In this document: positions 1-9,717 of the stretch, one piece after another | Layout: each line of letters opens with the position of its first letter | How positions within the stretch are numbered: position 1 is the first letter of the stretch | Source of the DNA: an uncultured bacterium | GTDB lineage: Bacteria > Babelota > Babeliae > Babelales > Babelaceae | NCBI GenBank assembly: GCA_963722385.1 | Contig: CAVRKK010000001.1 | Coordinates: 32,001-96,000, forward strand | Reading direction: 5' to 3' | Length of the DNA: 64,000 nt | Notes under the pieces: model-generated | Told to the model about the DNA's origin: nothing | Database searches by the model: none | The model's input: the letters and a program-made list of their open reading frames with translations, nothing else | Program-made: the position numbers and the translations under genes

Positions 1-1076
1 AGCATTTTTAAAACACGTTCATCAAGCTGTTTTTCAGTAATCTTGCCGTCATGCAGCGCCGATTCTAGGTAATCAATTGCTTGGGGGATATCAAGTGAGC
101 AAATAAAGATATCGTTGCCAGCAACAAAAGCCTGGAGCTCAAGCTCGCCAATTGCTATGTCATTTAACGCACCCATGCATAGCGCGTCGGTGATAACGAG
201 CCCTTTAAATGCCAACTCTTCTTTGAGCAGTTGCGTAATAATAGGGTAAGAAATCGTTGAGACAGCATGAGGGTCGAGAGAAGGAATTTTTAAGTGCCCT
301 GGCATAATGGCGTCAACGTGCTCATCAATAACCGCTTTAAAGGGAACAAGCTCAATTTCATGCAAGCGTTTTTTGTCATGATTGATGACGGGAAGCGAAA
401 AATGGGAATCAATATCCGTATCTCCATGTCCAGGGAAGTGCTTTGCACAGGCGATAACGCCGGCATCTTGTAGACCCTTCATGAAAAGCGTCCCCAAGTG
501 CGCAACCCGTTGTGGGTTTTCGCCAAATGAGCGCGTTCCTATAATGGGGTTGAGGGGGTTGTTGTTGATGTCAACCACGGGTGCTAAATTGACATGTACA
601 CCGATTGCCTTACATTGCCTACCTATCTCTGTGCCGAGCTCGAAGATCAACGATTCGTTTTGAATTGCGCCTAACGCAATGTTGCGAGGAAACCTGACCG
701 CGCCATCTAAGCGCATATCGAGTCCCCATTCAAAGTCTTCTAAAACTAGTAATGGGTGCCTACTAAGGGCTTGGTATTTGTTGCTCAAGAGCATTTGGTT
801 TGGTATGTCATTTCTACCCAAATAAAGAATGCCACCGACGTGATAATCCTTGATGAGGCTTTCAATATAAGCCGGCTCAATTGAGGGAAATCTCATGCCG
901 CCAAGTAAAGCGAGAAATTCTTTCTTCGCGATCGTTACCATAAAGAGCTGGCCAATTTTTTCGCGCACGCTCATGTGTTGCAACGTTTGATGTGCCCAAG
1001 ATTCTTGGATTTTCTGAGAAAAAAGAACGGAGGGAATCAAAAAGCTTGCTAATATCAGTAGTCTGGTATTCATCAT
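1..1076 (-). CDS. nagZ: Glycoside hydrolase family 3, beta-N-acetylhexosaminidase (3' end runs off window)
   Basis: Manual translation from ATG at 1076: signal peptide, then NLAPVVDINNNPLNPIIGTRSFG, AKHFPGHGDTDIDSH and GLVITDALCMGA, the GH3/NagZ motifs. Not in the ORF track because the stop is outside the window. Confidence 0.9.
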   Translation of the reverse strand, partial: MMNTRLLILASFLIPSVLFSQKIQESWAHQTLQHMSVREKIGQLFMVTIAKKEFLALLGGMRFPSIEPAYIESLIKDYHVGGILYLGRNDIPNQMLLSNKYQALSRHPLLVLEDFEWGLDMRLDGAVRFPRNIALGAIQNESLIFELGTEIGRQCKAIGVHVNLAPVVDINNNPLNPIIGTRSFGENPQRVAHLGTLFMKGLQDAGVIACAKHFPGHGDTDIDSHFSLPVINHDKKRLHEIELVPFKAVIDEHVDAIMPGHLKIPSLDPHAVSTISYPIITQLLKEELAFKGLVITDALCMGALNDIAIGELELQAFVAGNDIFICSLDIPQAIDYLESALHDGKITEKQLDERVLKM

Positions 1077-1254
1077 GCTCTCCTTTTTTAGATGATATTT
1101 CAAGGTATCATAGAAAAAGCATCATGCATAGCGGCTCTCTTTTAAAAGTCAAAATTTTTGCTTATTAGAGTTGACTGCTGCCTTAGATGTGCACTTACGG
1201 TCGCTGCCGCTAATTTTGCCATAATTATAGGTTTGAAGAAGTAATAGATTATCT

Positions 1255-1296
1255 AAACAAAGAAGCCGCTGTACTATAACGGCGGCTTCTTTGTTT
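1255..1296. terminator. Intrinsic terminator-like hairpin
   Basis: 15-bp perfect inverted repeat aaacaaagaagccgc...gcggcttctttgttt just after the stop of 1302..1796. Confidence 0.75.
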
Positions 1297-1301
1297 TATT
1301 C

Positions 1302-1796
1302 TTAAAGCTCGGTCTTGAGCTTTTTCATCTCACTATAAGCTGCTTCAGCTTCCTTGATTTCTTGATTAAGTTTTTCAAAATTTTCCCAGGCTTCTAATGT
1401 TCTTTGAGCATTTCTTTCTACCCGCGACGTGATAGCTTGTGGTCCGAGAACGCTTGATAGATCGCTCAATTCGCGCAAGCGCTGTTTGCCGCTCATTGCG
1501 TTAATGCGAAGAATATGCGCATGCTTTACGGCAAGTTGGGGCCGAGTAGTTCCATGTATTCTGATTCTGTCTTCTATGATGGCAATCTGCTTATTAACTA
1601 ATTCGTCAAGCTTGTTTTCTTGCTCTTTGTAAGCTGAATAAGCATCGGTAATTTGGTGCTCCAGCATGTATATCTTGAGCCTAAGGCGATCTAAAGGGGA
1701 AAGTGTCTCTGATTGGTAGATTAGCTTCTTCTCTATGGTGTGCAGGTAAGAACTACATGCCAATAGTGATATGATGAGAAAAAAGTAGGATTTCAT
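1302..1796 (-). CDS. Secreted coiled-coil hypothetical protein ending in KTEL
   Basis: Signal peptide MKSYFFLIISLLACSSYLHT, AGGAG RBS upstream, helical E/K-rich body. Confidence 0.75.
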   Translation of the reverse strand: MKSYFFLIISLLACSSYLHTIEKKLIYQSETLSPLDRLRLKIYMLEHQITDAYSAYKEQENKLDELVNKQIAIIEDRIRIHGTTRPQLAVKHAHILRINAMSGKQRLRELSDLSSVLGPQAITSRVERNAQRTLEAWENFEKLNQEIKEAEAAYSEMKKLKTEL

Positions 1797-1965
1797 GATG
1801 TCTCCTTTTGGTTACATTCAGCTTCGATTAAACTTTATTTCATTATCTATTATATAATTTCTTGTAATAAAATATCAATCGTTGTGTCGAGAAAAACCTG
1901 GTTGCCTTGCCAACAGGCCTCGATTTGTAGTAGATTTAAGCCATCAGTGTTTTCGGGAGTTTGCA

Positions 1966-2763
1966 ATGCGCATAAGTGAAATTATTGCTTGTTTAATTTT
2001 GGTATCTTTTACCAGCATGTTTCCTTTTAAAATCGACCGCGTTATTTTGGCCGCCGATGCCAATCCTTTCTACTTAGATTTTTGGCCCTATGCGGCACGT
2101 GCTTGGAAGCAATTAATTGGCGTAACACCGACGCTCGCGCTCGTTGCTGATGAGTCAGTGCAGGTAGACGAATCGCTCGGTGAGGTAATTCGATTTCGAC
2201 CAATCAAGGGAATGCCAGCTGGTTTACAAGCGCAAGTCATCAGGCTTTTGTTGCCTGTCTTGTTTCCGCATGATATTTGTATTTTATCCGATATAGACCA
2301 ATTGCCACTAAAAAAGTCATATTTTCACGAGCCGATTGCCTCGATACCGCCTGATAAATTTGTTATCTATAATGATGATGCCTATCGTGGTGCCGAGCAG
2401 CGATTTCCTATTTGTTATTGCGTCGCAAAAGGCACGACCTTTCGCGACCTGTTTCACGTTAGCACGATTCAAGGGATCCGACGCTTGATGGGCGAATGGT
2501 ACCGGTTCGGCTGGGGCTTTCACACCGATGAGCTGGTGCTGTATCGTTCTCTTATGGACTGGAAAGAAGCCGCCAGTCGCCTGGTCAAGTTGGGCGATGG
2601 TTTGGGGCCATCGGATAAGCGTCGAATAAATCGGGCCTTTTGGCACTACGATCCCGCGCTCCTTAAAAAAGGCTATTATGTCGACGCCCACTTACTGCGT
2701 CCCTATAAGCGCTACAAAAAGGAGCTTGATGCCTTGGCCCAACTAGCTGGTGTGAGAAGCTGA
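1966..2763 (+). CDS. Exported putative GT-A-fold glycosyltransferase-like protein
   Basis: ATG at 1966 after GGAG; signal-like N-terminus; DxD motif in ILSDIDQLPL; late TDELVL and DAH motifs. Confidence 0.55.
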   Translation: MRISEIIACLILVSFTSMFPFKIDRVILAADANPFYLDFWPYAARAWKQLIGVTPTLALVADESVQVDESLGEVIRFRPIKGMPAGLQAQVIRLLLPVLFPHDICILSDIDQLPLKKSYFHEPIASIPPDKFVIYNDDAYRGAEQRFPICYCVAKGTTFRDLFHVSTIQGIRRLMGEWYRFGWGFHTDELVLYRSLMDWKEAASRLVKLGDGLGPSDKRRINRAFWHYDPALLKKGYYVDAHLLRPYKRYKKELDALAQLAGVRS

Positions 2764-2789
2764 CGTTGTGTCTTCGCAAGATAAGGTAG

Positions 2790-3170
2790 TTAACATATTT
2801 TATTTTTGACGATGTCGAGTATTTCTTCGGCACATCTAATGCTGTATTCTGCAACTGAAGTATCAGGAATTAAAAGGTGGGAATCAGGATAGCGCGTTCC
2901 TTGGATATAGGGGTTAAGATCGGTTGCATGTTGAAAAAATTTTGAAAAATCCGAATCGATGGCTATACACTGCTTTACTAAGTTAGCCAAATCGTGGATT
3001 TTTCCGGGGTCAATATTATGAAAAAACAAAAATGCTTTAAGTGCTTTCTCCGCGCATTGTTGCGTTAGAAATAACGTATGAGGAATGAGAATTTCCGGCG
3101 GTGTTAATAATTTTTTGGCTGCTACTAAATCAGTTTCTGCAACAGCGACCCATTCTTCATGCTTTTGCAT
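2790..3170 (-). CDS. HEPN domain protein (partner of the upstream nucleotidyltransferase)
   Basis: Starts MQKHEEW; FLTQQCAEKALKA, KIHDL and TRYP motifs; overlaps the MNT gene. Confidence 0.85.
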   Translation of the reverse strand: MQKHEEWVAVAETDLVAAKKLLTPPEILIPHTLFLTQQCAEKALKAFLFFHNIDPGKIHDLANLVKQCIAIDSDFSKFFQHATDLNPYIQGTRYPDSHLLIPDTSVAEYSIRCAEEILDIVKNKIC

Positions 3171-3486
3171 AAATTTGTTTGCCCTTGTGCTTAACCTTAT
3201 AAGGTATAGTAAAAATGGCTTGAGAGTCTTGTTCAAATTCTTCTGCCGTAAGAAGAAGAATATCTTTAGGTATATCAAGTAGTGCAAGAGCCCGGTGTCC
3301 AGCTACTAGATCAGCATAGCGATTATCTGTTTTTTCAACCACGATTAGAAAGTCTAAGTCACTGTATTCGTCAGGGTTTCCCCAGGCGTAAGAACCAAAA
3401 AGATATATAGCGACAGGATTATAGAGTTTAATGAGCTTATCGCGGGCTTCATTTACAATTCTTTCAATAGATTGCTGATTACGCAT
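3157..3486 (-). CDS. Minimal nucleotidyltransferase (MNT)
   Basis: YLFGSYAWG...SDLDFLIV Pol-beta-like motif. Confidence 0.9.
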   Translation of the reverse strand: MRNQQSIERIVNEARDKLIKLYNPVAIYLFGSYAWGNPDEYSDLDFLIVVEKTDNRYADLVAGHRALALLDIPKDILLLTAEEFEQDSQAIFTIPYKVKHKGKQIYAKA

Positions 3487-3666
3487 AGGACCTCATTTTA
3501 CCATTTATACTTTGAGCATAGCATACTACCTGGCCAATATGAATATTTGCTGGGTTTTCTGAAGAATTCCTTGTTGTAGGTGTTGCTTGAAAATTTCGCC
3601 TCCTAACCGTTTACAAAACGTCTGGAGAGTATATACTAGTATATAAGTTAAAAAACGTATTGTGAC

Positions 3667-3743
3667 GGTGAGTGTAGCTCAGTTGGCAGAGCATCAGATT
3701 GTGGTTCTGGGGGTCGTGGGTTCAAATCCCACCACTCACCCCA
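3667..3743 (+). tRNA. tRNA-His(GTG) with G-1 and encoded CCA
   Basis: Acceptor stem GTGAGTG/CACTCAC, extra 5' G, GTG anticodon, GGTTCAAATCC T-loop. Confidence 0.95.
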
Positions 3744-3763
3744 AAAGATGCTATTTTTTGCCC

Positions 3764-3792
3764 TTGCACAAGGGCGCAAAAAAACGTAAACT
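3764..3792 (+). promoter_or_regulatory. Putative sigma70 promoter for tRNA-Pro/rodA, overlapping a hairpin
   Basis: TTGCAC-17bp-TAAACT; overlaps the inverted repeat gcccttg-ca-caagggc flanked by T and A runs. Confidence 0.5.
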
Positions 3793-3804
3793 TAGAGAAA
3801 TAAT

Positions 3805-3880
3805 CGGGGCGTGGCGCAATTGGTAGCGCACTCGCTTTGGGAGCGAGGGGTTGTCAGTTCGAGTCTGGCCGCCCCGACCA
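3805..3880 (+). tRNA. tRNA-Pro(TGG)
   Basis: CGGGGCG/CGCCCCG acceptor stem, TGG anticodon, GTTCGAGT T-loop, encoded CCA. Confidence 0.95.
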
Positions 3881-3885
3881 TTTTT

Positions 3886-4983
3886 ATGATTGATCTACGA
3901 TATGTACGCTCATGCGACTGGATTAGCGTACTCCTCACCATCCTTCTCTCGCTCGTTGGCATCTTAATGGTGTTAAGCGCGACGTATCGTCCTGAAGTGG
4001 CGTTTTCTATTTTCTTTAAAAAGCAGCTTTTTGGCATTATTTCAGGGCTTATTATTTATAGTATCTGTTGCCTGATCGATTATCGTACCTTTGAGCGATG
4101 GGGCTACTTTTTATATTTTGCGGTTATTGCGCTTTTAATTGTTACCATGATTAAAGGTAGCTGGGGGATGGGCGGGCAGCGCTGGATCAATCTTGGTATT
4201 ACTAAGTTTCAACCTTCTGAATGCGCAAAGCTCTTTTTTGCGCCCTTTCTTTCATATTATTTAGCTACCGAAAAGTCATATCCTTATACCTTTCGTACTT
4301 TTGCGCCGGTCTTGGCTCTCTTGGGGGTGAGCGTACTGCTTATACGCAATCAGCCAGATCTGGGGACCGCGCTTGTTCTTCTTTTTTCAGGTCTCATATT
4401 ATTATGGCTTGCTGGCATAGGCAAAAGGTTCTTTTTTGTGTGTGCTTTTGTTGGCCTCATTATGGCACCGGTGGGATGGAAGATTTTGAGGCCTTATCAG
4501 CGCCAGCGGATTGCCGTTTTTTTGGGAGGTGGTGACCTTTCGCAGGAGCGCTACCAAATCGAGCAATCTAAGATCGCTATAGGCTCAGGCGGTATTCGCG
4601 GTAAAGGATTTTTAAAGGGAACGCAGAATAAGCTTCATTTCTTGCCAGCGGGCAGGACCGACTTTATCTTTTCTGTGTTATGTGAGGAATGGGGATTTAT
4701 AGGGGCATTTTTGGTATTATTGCTGTATGCGCTCCTTTTTTATCGACTTTTGGTGCTAACGGCTGCTATCAAAAATTTTTATACTCAGATCCTTGCGGTG
4801 GGGCTCATAACGCCTTTGATGCTTTCGGCTCTCATCAATATAGGCATGGTAACTGGCTTACTACCTGTTGTTGGTATTCCTTTGCCTTTTATGACGTATG
4901 GCGTAACTCATCTTTGGATGGAATATGCGAGCCTTGGCTTTATTCAAAGCATTATGATGAGGCGCTTTCTTATGCTCCGATGA
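3886..4983 (+). CDS. rodA: Rod shape-determining SEDS protein RodA
   Basis: QRWINLG..FQPSE.AK, QPDLGTA, YQIEQSKIAIGSGG, TDFIFS and GIPLPFMTYG motifs; true start lies after the tRNA. Confidence 0.9.
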   Translation: MIDLRYVRSCDWISVLLTILLSLVGILMVLSATYRPEVAFSIFFKKQLFGIISGLIIYSICCLIDYRTFERWGYFLYFAVIALLIVTMIKGSWGMGGQRWINLGITKFQPSECAKLFFAPFLSYYLATEKSYPYTFRTFAPVLALLGVSVLLIRNQPDLGTALVLLFSGLILLWLAGIGKRFFFVCAFVGLIMAPVGWKILRPYQRQRIAVFLGGGDLSQERYQIEQSKIAIGSGGIRGKGFLKGTQNKLHFLPAGRTDFIFSVLCEEWGFIGAFLVLLLYALLFYRLLVLTAAIKNFYTQILAVGLITPLMLSALINIGMVTGLLPVVGIPLPFMTYGVTHLWMEYASLGFIQSIMMRRFLMLR

Positions 4984-5053
4984 GGTATAGAATTCGTGAG
5001 GGAGTAAAATTATGGTAAACTTTTTGATAATATTTTATTGATAGTGCGGATTT

Positions 5054-6091
5054 ATGAGTACAAAAGCACCCATGCAGCAGCCAATTTCATTGCTTGCCCT
5101 TGCTGAAGCTGCCGACGATCGTTCGCCCGACTTTCAGCCAAAGAGCTTTGACGACTATCTTGGGCAAAAGGAGCTTAAGCATAAGTTGTCGATCTATACC
5201 CAAGCCGCTGCGATGCGGGGCGAAGCGCTTGATCATCTTTTGTTATTTGGACCTCCAGGGCTTGGTAAGACGACGCTTGCCCAAATCATGGGCCATGTTA
5301 TGGAGGTTGCTGTCAAGATTTGTAGCGGGCCCATGGTGGAGCGGACAGGTGATTTGGTCGCTCTCTTAACCAGTTTGCAAGAACGTGATATTCTTTTTAT
5401 TGATGAGATTCACCGTATTCCTATAGCTGTCGAAGAAGTTCTGTATAGTGCTATGGAGCATTATAAAGTTGATGTTATTATCGGTCAGGGCGCTGGCGCA
5501 CAGTCGATCACGGTTCCTCTCAATCCTTTTACGCTCGTGGGTGCTACGACAAAGCCGGCGCTGCTTTCGGCGCCTTTGCGCACGCGTTTTGGCATTACCG
5601 AGCGGCTTGATTTTTATAAGGATGAGGAATTACAGGCAATTGTTGAGCAAAATGGGCACTTTCTTGGTATTGCTATTGTGCCGGAAGCAGCGCTTATGAT
5701 TGCCCAGTGCTCACGAGGGACGCCGCGCATTGCCAAGAAGATATTGAGGAGAGTGCGTGATTTCGCCCAAGTAAACCAGGCCGCGGTGGTCGATATGGCG
5801 TTGGTTGAAAGCGCTTTAGCGCTGCTTGGTATTGATAGCCAAGGGCTTACGGTGCTTGATCATACCTTGCTACGGACGATCATAGATTTTTTTGGTGGTG
5901 GTCCCGTTGGCTTAGAGACGATTGCTTCAATGGTGGGTGAAGATAGCTCGACGCTTGAGGAGGTGTATGAGCCCTACCTTTTGCGTAAGGGGTATTTGGA
6001 AAGGACGCCGCGGGGGCGTCAAGTCCCAGCCAAGACGCTTGTTGAGCTTAAAAAGCAGTATTATGGGCAAAAAAATATTTTCAAGGAATAA
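5054..6091 (+). CDS. ruvB: Holliday junction branch migration helicase RuvB
   Basis: GPPGLGKTTLA, FIDEIHR, SRGTPRIA, GGPVGL and ERTPRGR motifs. Confidence 0.97.
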   Translation: MSTKAPMQQPISLLALAEAADDRSPDFQPKSFDDYLGQKELKHKLSIYTQAAAMRGEALDHLLLFGPPGLGKTTLAQIMGHVMEVAVKICSGPMVERTGDLVALLTSLQERDILFIDEIHRIPIAVEEVLYSAMEHYKVDVIIGQGAGAQSITVPLNPFTLVGATTKPALLSAPLRTRFGITERLDFYKDEELQAIVEQNGHFLGIAIVPEAALMIAQCSRGTPRIAKKILRRVRDFAQVNQAAVVDMALVESALALLGIDSQGLTVLDHTLLRTIIDFFGGGPVGLETIASMVGEDSSTLEEVYEPYLLRKGYLERTPRGRQVPAKTLVELKKQYYGQKNIFKE

Positions 6092-6096
6092 ACGAC

Positions 6097-6813
6097 ATGG
6101 CCGGACATTCTAAATGGAAGTCGATTAAGCATAAAAAGGCTATTGCTGATGCAAAAAAGTCAAAAGGTTTCAGCAAGATTATTAAAGAAATAACGGTTGC
6201 CGCACGCACGGGAGGCGGAGATCCCTCGGGCAACGCGCGCCTCCGCTTTTTATTAGATAAGGCTAAAGAGATCAATATGCCGGCTGAAAATGCGGCGCGT
6301 GCCGTAAAAAAAGGAACCGGCGAATTACCTGGTGTACAGTATGAAGCGTATACGTATGAGGGGTATGGTCCGGGCGGTATTGCGGTGATTGCTGAGGTTT
6401 TGACTGATAACAAAAATAAGGCTATCGCTGAATTACGCCACGTTTTTGCGCGCAAAGGTGGCAGCCTTGGTGAGACCGGTACGGTGCAGTGGATGTTTGA
6501 GCGGCTCGGGGTTATCCATGCACGGGATGGCCACATGAGTGAAGATCAACTCCTGGAGCGACTTCTCGACTACGATATCAGAGATATATCGCAAGAAGAG
6601 GGAAGCCTTATTATTAGCTGCAGCCCAAAGGCGCTCGATGCGGTCAAGCAGGCACTTGTCTCGTTGGGGCTTAAGGTGGATGAGGCGGAGCTTGAGCTTG
6701 TTGCAAAGGATACTATAAAATTGGGAGGCGATGATGAAGCCAAGGCTATCGAGTTTTTAGAGGCGCTTGAAGAGCTTGATGATGTACAGCATGTCTATTC
6801 AAATCTGGATTAG
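6097..6813 (+). CDS. yebC: YebC/PmpR family protein
   Basis: MAGHSKW, YEGYGPGG and DDVQHVYSN motifs. Confidence 0.96.
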   Translation: MAGHSKWKSIKHKKAIADAKKSKGFSKIIKEITVAARTGGGDPSGNARLRFLLDKAKEINMPAENAARAVKKGTGELPGVQYEAYTYEGYGPGGIAVIAEVLTDNKNKAIAELRHVFARKGGSLGETGTVQWMFERLGVIHARDGHMSEDQLLERLLDYDIRDISQEEGSLIISCSPKALDAVKQALVSLGLKVDEAELELVAKDTIKLGGDDEAKAIEFLEALEELDDVQHVYSNLD

Positions 6814-6852
6814 GCCTTGGTTGCTTCGTACTTTTAAAACAAAGAGAAAAAT

Positions 6853-7749
6853 ATGTTAGTTAGCATGACAGGCTTTAGTAGTAAAACGATGATGGTTGGG
6901 CGGTCGATGGGTGCGCCGTTTGAGATAACGCTTATGCTCAAGTCGCTTAATGCGCGTTTTTTTGAAGCCACCTGCAGAATCCCCCACGCGTTGACGCATT
7001 TGGAAACGGAAATTATAAAGCGCCTTAAAGCAAAGCTCGTTCGTGGGACAGTCTACGCGACCTTGCAGGTGAGTAATCCGAATTCTCTTAAGGCAAAGCT
7101 TGTGCCTGCCTTTAATATTGTTGAAGGTTATATTGATGCTCTTAATGCGATTCAGCAGCGTTTTGCTATTACCGGCTCGCTGACGGTATCTGATTTAGTA
7201 GGCCTGCCCCACGTCTGGGAATTTGGTGAGCTTTCTGTTGGTCAAGAAGTTACCAATGAAATACTTGCTTGTGTCGACAATTTGGCTGATGAGCTGCTTA
7301 CGTGCCGTATTGCCGAAGGCGCACAGCTCGAAAAGGACATTCTTTGCCGGTTGCACATTATAACCGACATTCTGGCATTGCTTGAGGAAAAGGTTGCCAT
7401 CGCTCTGCAGGAGCGTAAAGATGGCATGTATGTTCAGATAGCAGCTTTGTTTCAAGAGTTGCCGAGCGAATTGCGCGATCATCAGCTCCAGCTTATGCAA
7501 ATGCAGCTAGCCAAGAACGAGCTCAACGAGGAAGTTGTCAGGTTTGCTGCCCACCTTGCCAATATGAAAGAGTTTATTAATACTCCCATACTTGAAAAAG
7601 GCAAGCGGCTTGATTTTATCACGCAGGAGTTATTTAGGGAGGCCAATACGATTGGCTCTAAAGCAAGTAATGCAGAGATCGGCAATCTCGCCATAAGTAT
7701 TAAGGTGGAGCTCGAAAAAATTCGCGAGCAGGTTCAAAACGTTCTTTAG
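6853..7749 (+). CDS. yicC: YicC/YloC family endoribonuclease
   Basis: SMTGF start; GKRLDFITQELFREANTIGSK...EKIREQVQN end. Confidence 0.93.
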   Translation: MLVSMTGFSSKTMMVGRSMGAPFEITLMLKSLNARFFEATCRIPHALTHLETEIIKRLKAKLVRGTVYATLQVSNPNSLKAKLVPAFNIVEGYIDALNAIQQRFAITGSLTVSDLVGLPHVWEFGELSVGQEVTNEILACVDNLADELLTCRIAEGAQLEKDILCRLHIITDILALLEEKVAIALQERKDGMYVQIAALFQELPSELRDHQLQLMQMQLAKNELNEEVVRFAAHLANMKEFINTPILEKGKRLDFITQELFREANTIGSKASNAEIGNLAISIKVELEKIREQVQNVL

Positions 7750-7881
7750 GTGGGTTAAAGCCCTCTTTTTTATATTAATAGAACAAAATTTTTAAACAAG
7801 ATACAAATAGACAAAACAAGGTTTTTAAGGCAAGCTAAAATTAGCTATATGATTTGTTGCCTATAAAAGAGGGAGGACTCT

Positions 7882-9072
7882 ATGCGCTTCTTATATGTTC
7901 TCGCTGGTTACTTTTTTATCATGGCGGGTATTGCTCAAGGCGTCGCAATGACGGTAGCGGCCCTTGAAAAGAACTTTTCTGATGGCCGTAAGCAAAAGGT
8001 ATATTTGATAGGGCATCGCCATCTGCGACCAGATAATTTGCCAGCAAACTTGCTTCACGAGGATGCGGCGTTGTTGGTAAAGGAGCAGACTGCTGTTATT
8101 ACCGAGTTCTTCGAGTTGATCAAAAAAGAAGCAACAGCATGCTTGCTTTTGGAAGCTACCCCGCTCGCTGACGAAGCCAAGCTCAATGAAATTCGCCTCC
8201 CCTCATTTTATGGCAAGTGTTTTTTCGAGGTTAACCCTGCTTGGTGTGAAAGAAATGTTGCCTCTTATATTGAGAACGAGATTTTTAGGCAAAGAGAAAT
8301 AAATAGCGTTCTCTATCTTGGGCAGGAAACGGAGGGTAATGAAGGGGTGATCATTGCTGAACCGAAAATATTTTTGGACGCAGCCCTTGAAGCGCTTTTT
8401 ATGTTGTATGAGCTTAAGAGCTTTACGCATGATAATCATATTGAGCGTTATCAAGCGGTGCGTGCCTCAAGTTTTACGCAATGTTCGCCCAATAAACTAA
8501 TTAAGACCGCGTTGGACTCGATTGGCCACATGACGACGGTGGTAAAGAGCGTTTGCGCGAAGCTGATTGATCACGAAAATCTGCAAAAAGCGCACGACTT
8601 TCTTGATTACCTTTCCCAACAGAAAAAGCTCTGGTTGAGCTTTAAAAAAGCTGCGGCCAAGTATCCGTATAAGTCAGTTGCTGACTTGGTGCTGGGCGAT
8701 ATTTTTGAGCAAAAAGGGTATCTCGCCGAAGTTGACATGGAAGAGCTTGTTAGTCAGATGGATTCAGTAAACCTCTTGCCCACCATGGATTATGCTGCTC
8801 TTGACGTAATTTTGGGTGAGCAAGCACCTTCAGTCGTTATTGCTAACGTTGGCGCGCTTCATGTTATAGATCTTGTTTGGCATCTTACGCGCGAAGGCTA
8901 TAGCGTCAATTATGGGGCGCAATTACGCTGTGGTGGTACAGTCCCGCTCACGCTTGAGAACTATAAGCAATGTTACGAGCAAGGCTTAGTGCGCCATCTC
9001 AGTGTCGAAGAGCTCAGATTGTTTCTGCGTGAGGCTCGGTCAGCGGGTTCGCCAGCGCATGATGAACTGTAA
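7882..9072 (+). CDS. Secreted hypothetical protein ending in HDEL
   Basis: GGAGG RBS, signal peptide, 396-aa ORF; GHRH, LLLE and VGALH motifs are loosely reminiscent of the TraB/Tiki-like fold. Confidence 0.75.
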   Translation: MRFLYVLAGYFFIMAGIAQGVAMTVAALEKNFSDGRKQKVYLIGHRHLRPDNLPANLLHEDAALLVKEQTAVITEFFELIKKEATACLLLEATPLADEAKLNEIRLPSFYGKCFFEVNPAWCERNVASYIENEIFRQREINSVLYLGQETEGNEGVIIAEPKIFLDAALEALFMLYELKSFTHDNHIERYQAVRASSFTQCSPNKLIKTALDSIGHMTTVVKSVCAKLIDHENLQKAHDFLDYLSQQKKLWLSFKKAAAKYPYKSVADLVLGDIFEQKGYLAEVDMEELVSQMDSVNLLPTMDYAALDVILGEQAPSVVIANVGALHVIDLVWHLTREGYSVNYGAQLRCGGTVPLTLENYKQCYEQGLVRHLSVEELRLFLREARSAGSPAHDEL

Positions 9073-9084
9073 CCAAGGGCTTAT

Positions 9085-9717
9085 TTATAACGAACTAAAG
9101 AATCCGAGCTGTTCAAGGGCTTGCCGAAGCTCGAACACTGGTAAGCCGCGGATTGCACTATACGAGCCACATACCGTTTGTACAAACATTTGACCAAGCC
9201 CTTCAACGGCAAGTGATCCTGATGCACCGAGAGCTCCTGACATATCGAGATAGCGATCAATCCATTTTTCTGGGACATCGCACCACGTTTCGCCTGAGAC
9301 GGTTCTTTGCACACGAGCGATTGTCTCCCAGCGGTCATTGACAGCCAGCTTTTTATCTAAGCAAAAGCTTGTGGTAGTTTGTGAGGCTCCTTGTGCTTTA
9401 GCACGTAGGAGCTCTTTGGCCTGTTCGCGGTCTTGCGGTTTGCCGTAAATAGTGCCATCAGGGCTTTGCGTCAAGGTATCAGCCGCAAGCACGTAGCACA
9501 TGGTTTCTTCAGAGGCAGGGGGTGGTAGCTGGGCGTGAGATACCTTTAAGCGCGCTAATTCTTCTACGCGTTCTTCAAGGGTCGGTAAGGTATCGCACAC
9601 GCTCTCATCAATACCGTGCTCGACGGCAAGAAAAGGAATCCCGACTTCTTGTAAAATTTTTTGGCGGGAAAAAGAGGCGGAGGCGAGATAAAGTATTGGT
9701 ATTGTAGCAATTTCCAT
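9085..9717 (-). CDS. maf: Maf family nucleoside triphosphate pyrophosphatase
   Basis: LYLASASFSRQKIL, LAADT, YGKP and GSYSAIRGLP motifs. Confidence 0.9.
   Translation of the reverse strand: MEIATIPILYLASASFSRQKILQEVGIPFLAVEHGIDESVCDTLPTLEERVEELARLKVSHAQLPPPASEETMCYVLAADTLTQSPDGTIYGKPQDREQAKELLRAKAQGASQTTTSFCLDKKLAVNDRWETIARVQRTVSGETWCDVPEKWIDRYLDMSGALGASGSLAVEGLGQMFVQTVCGSYSAIRGLPVFELRQALEQLGFFSSL

Noticed and set aside
3811..3885. N-terminal extension of the rodA ORF in the track
   Set aside because: It lies inside tRNA-Pro; ATG 3886 is the plausible start
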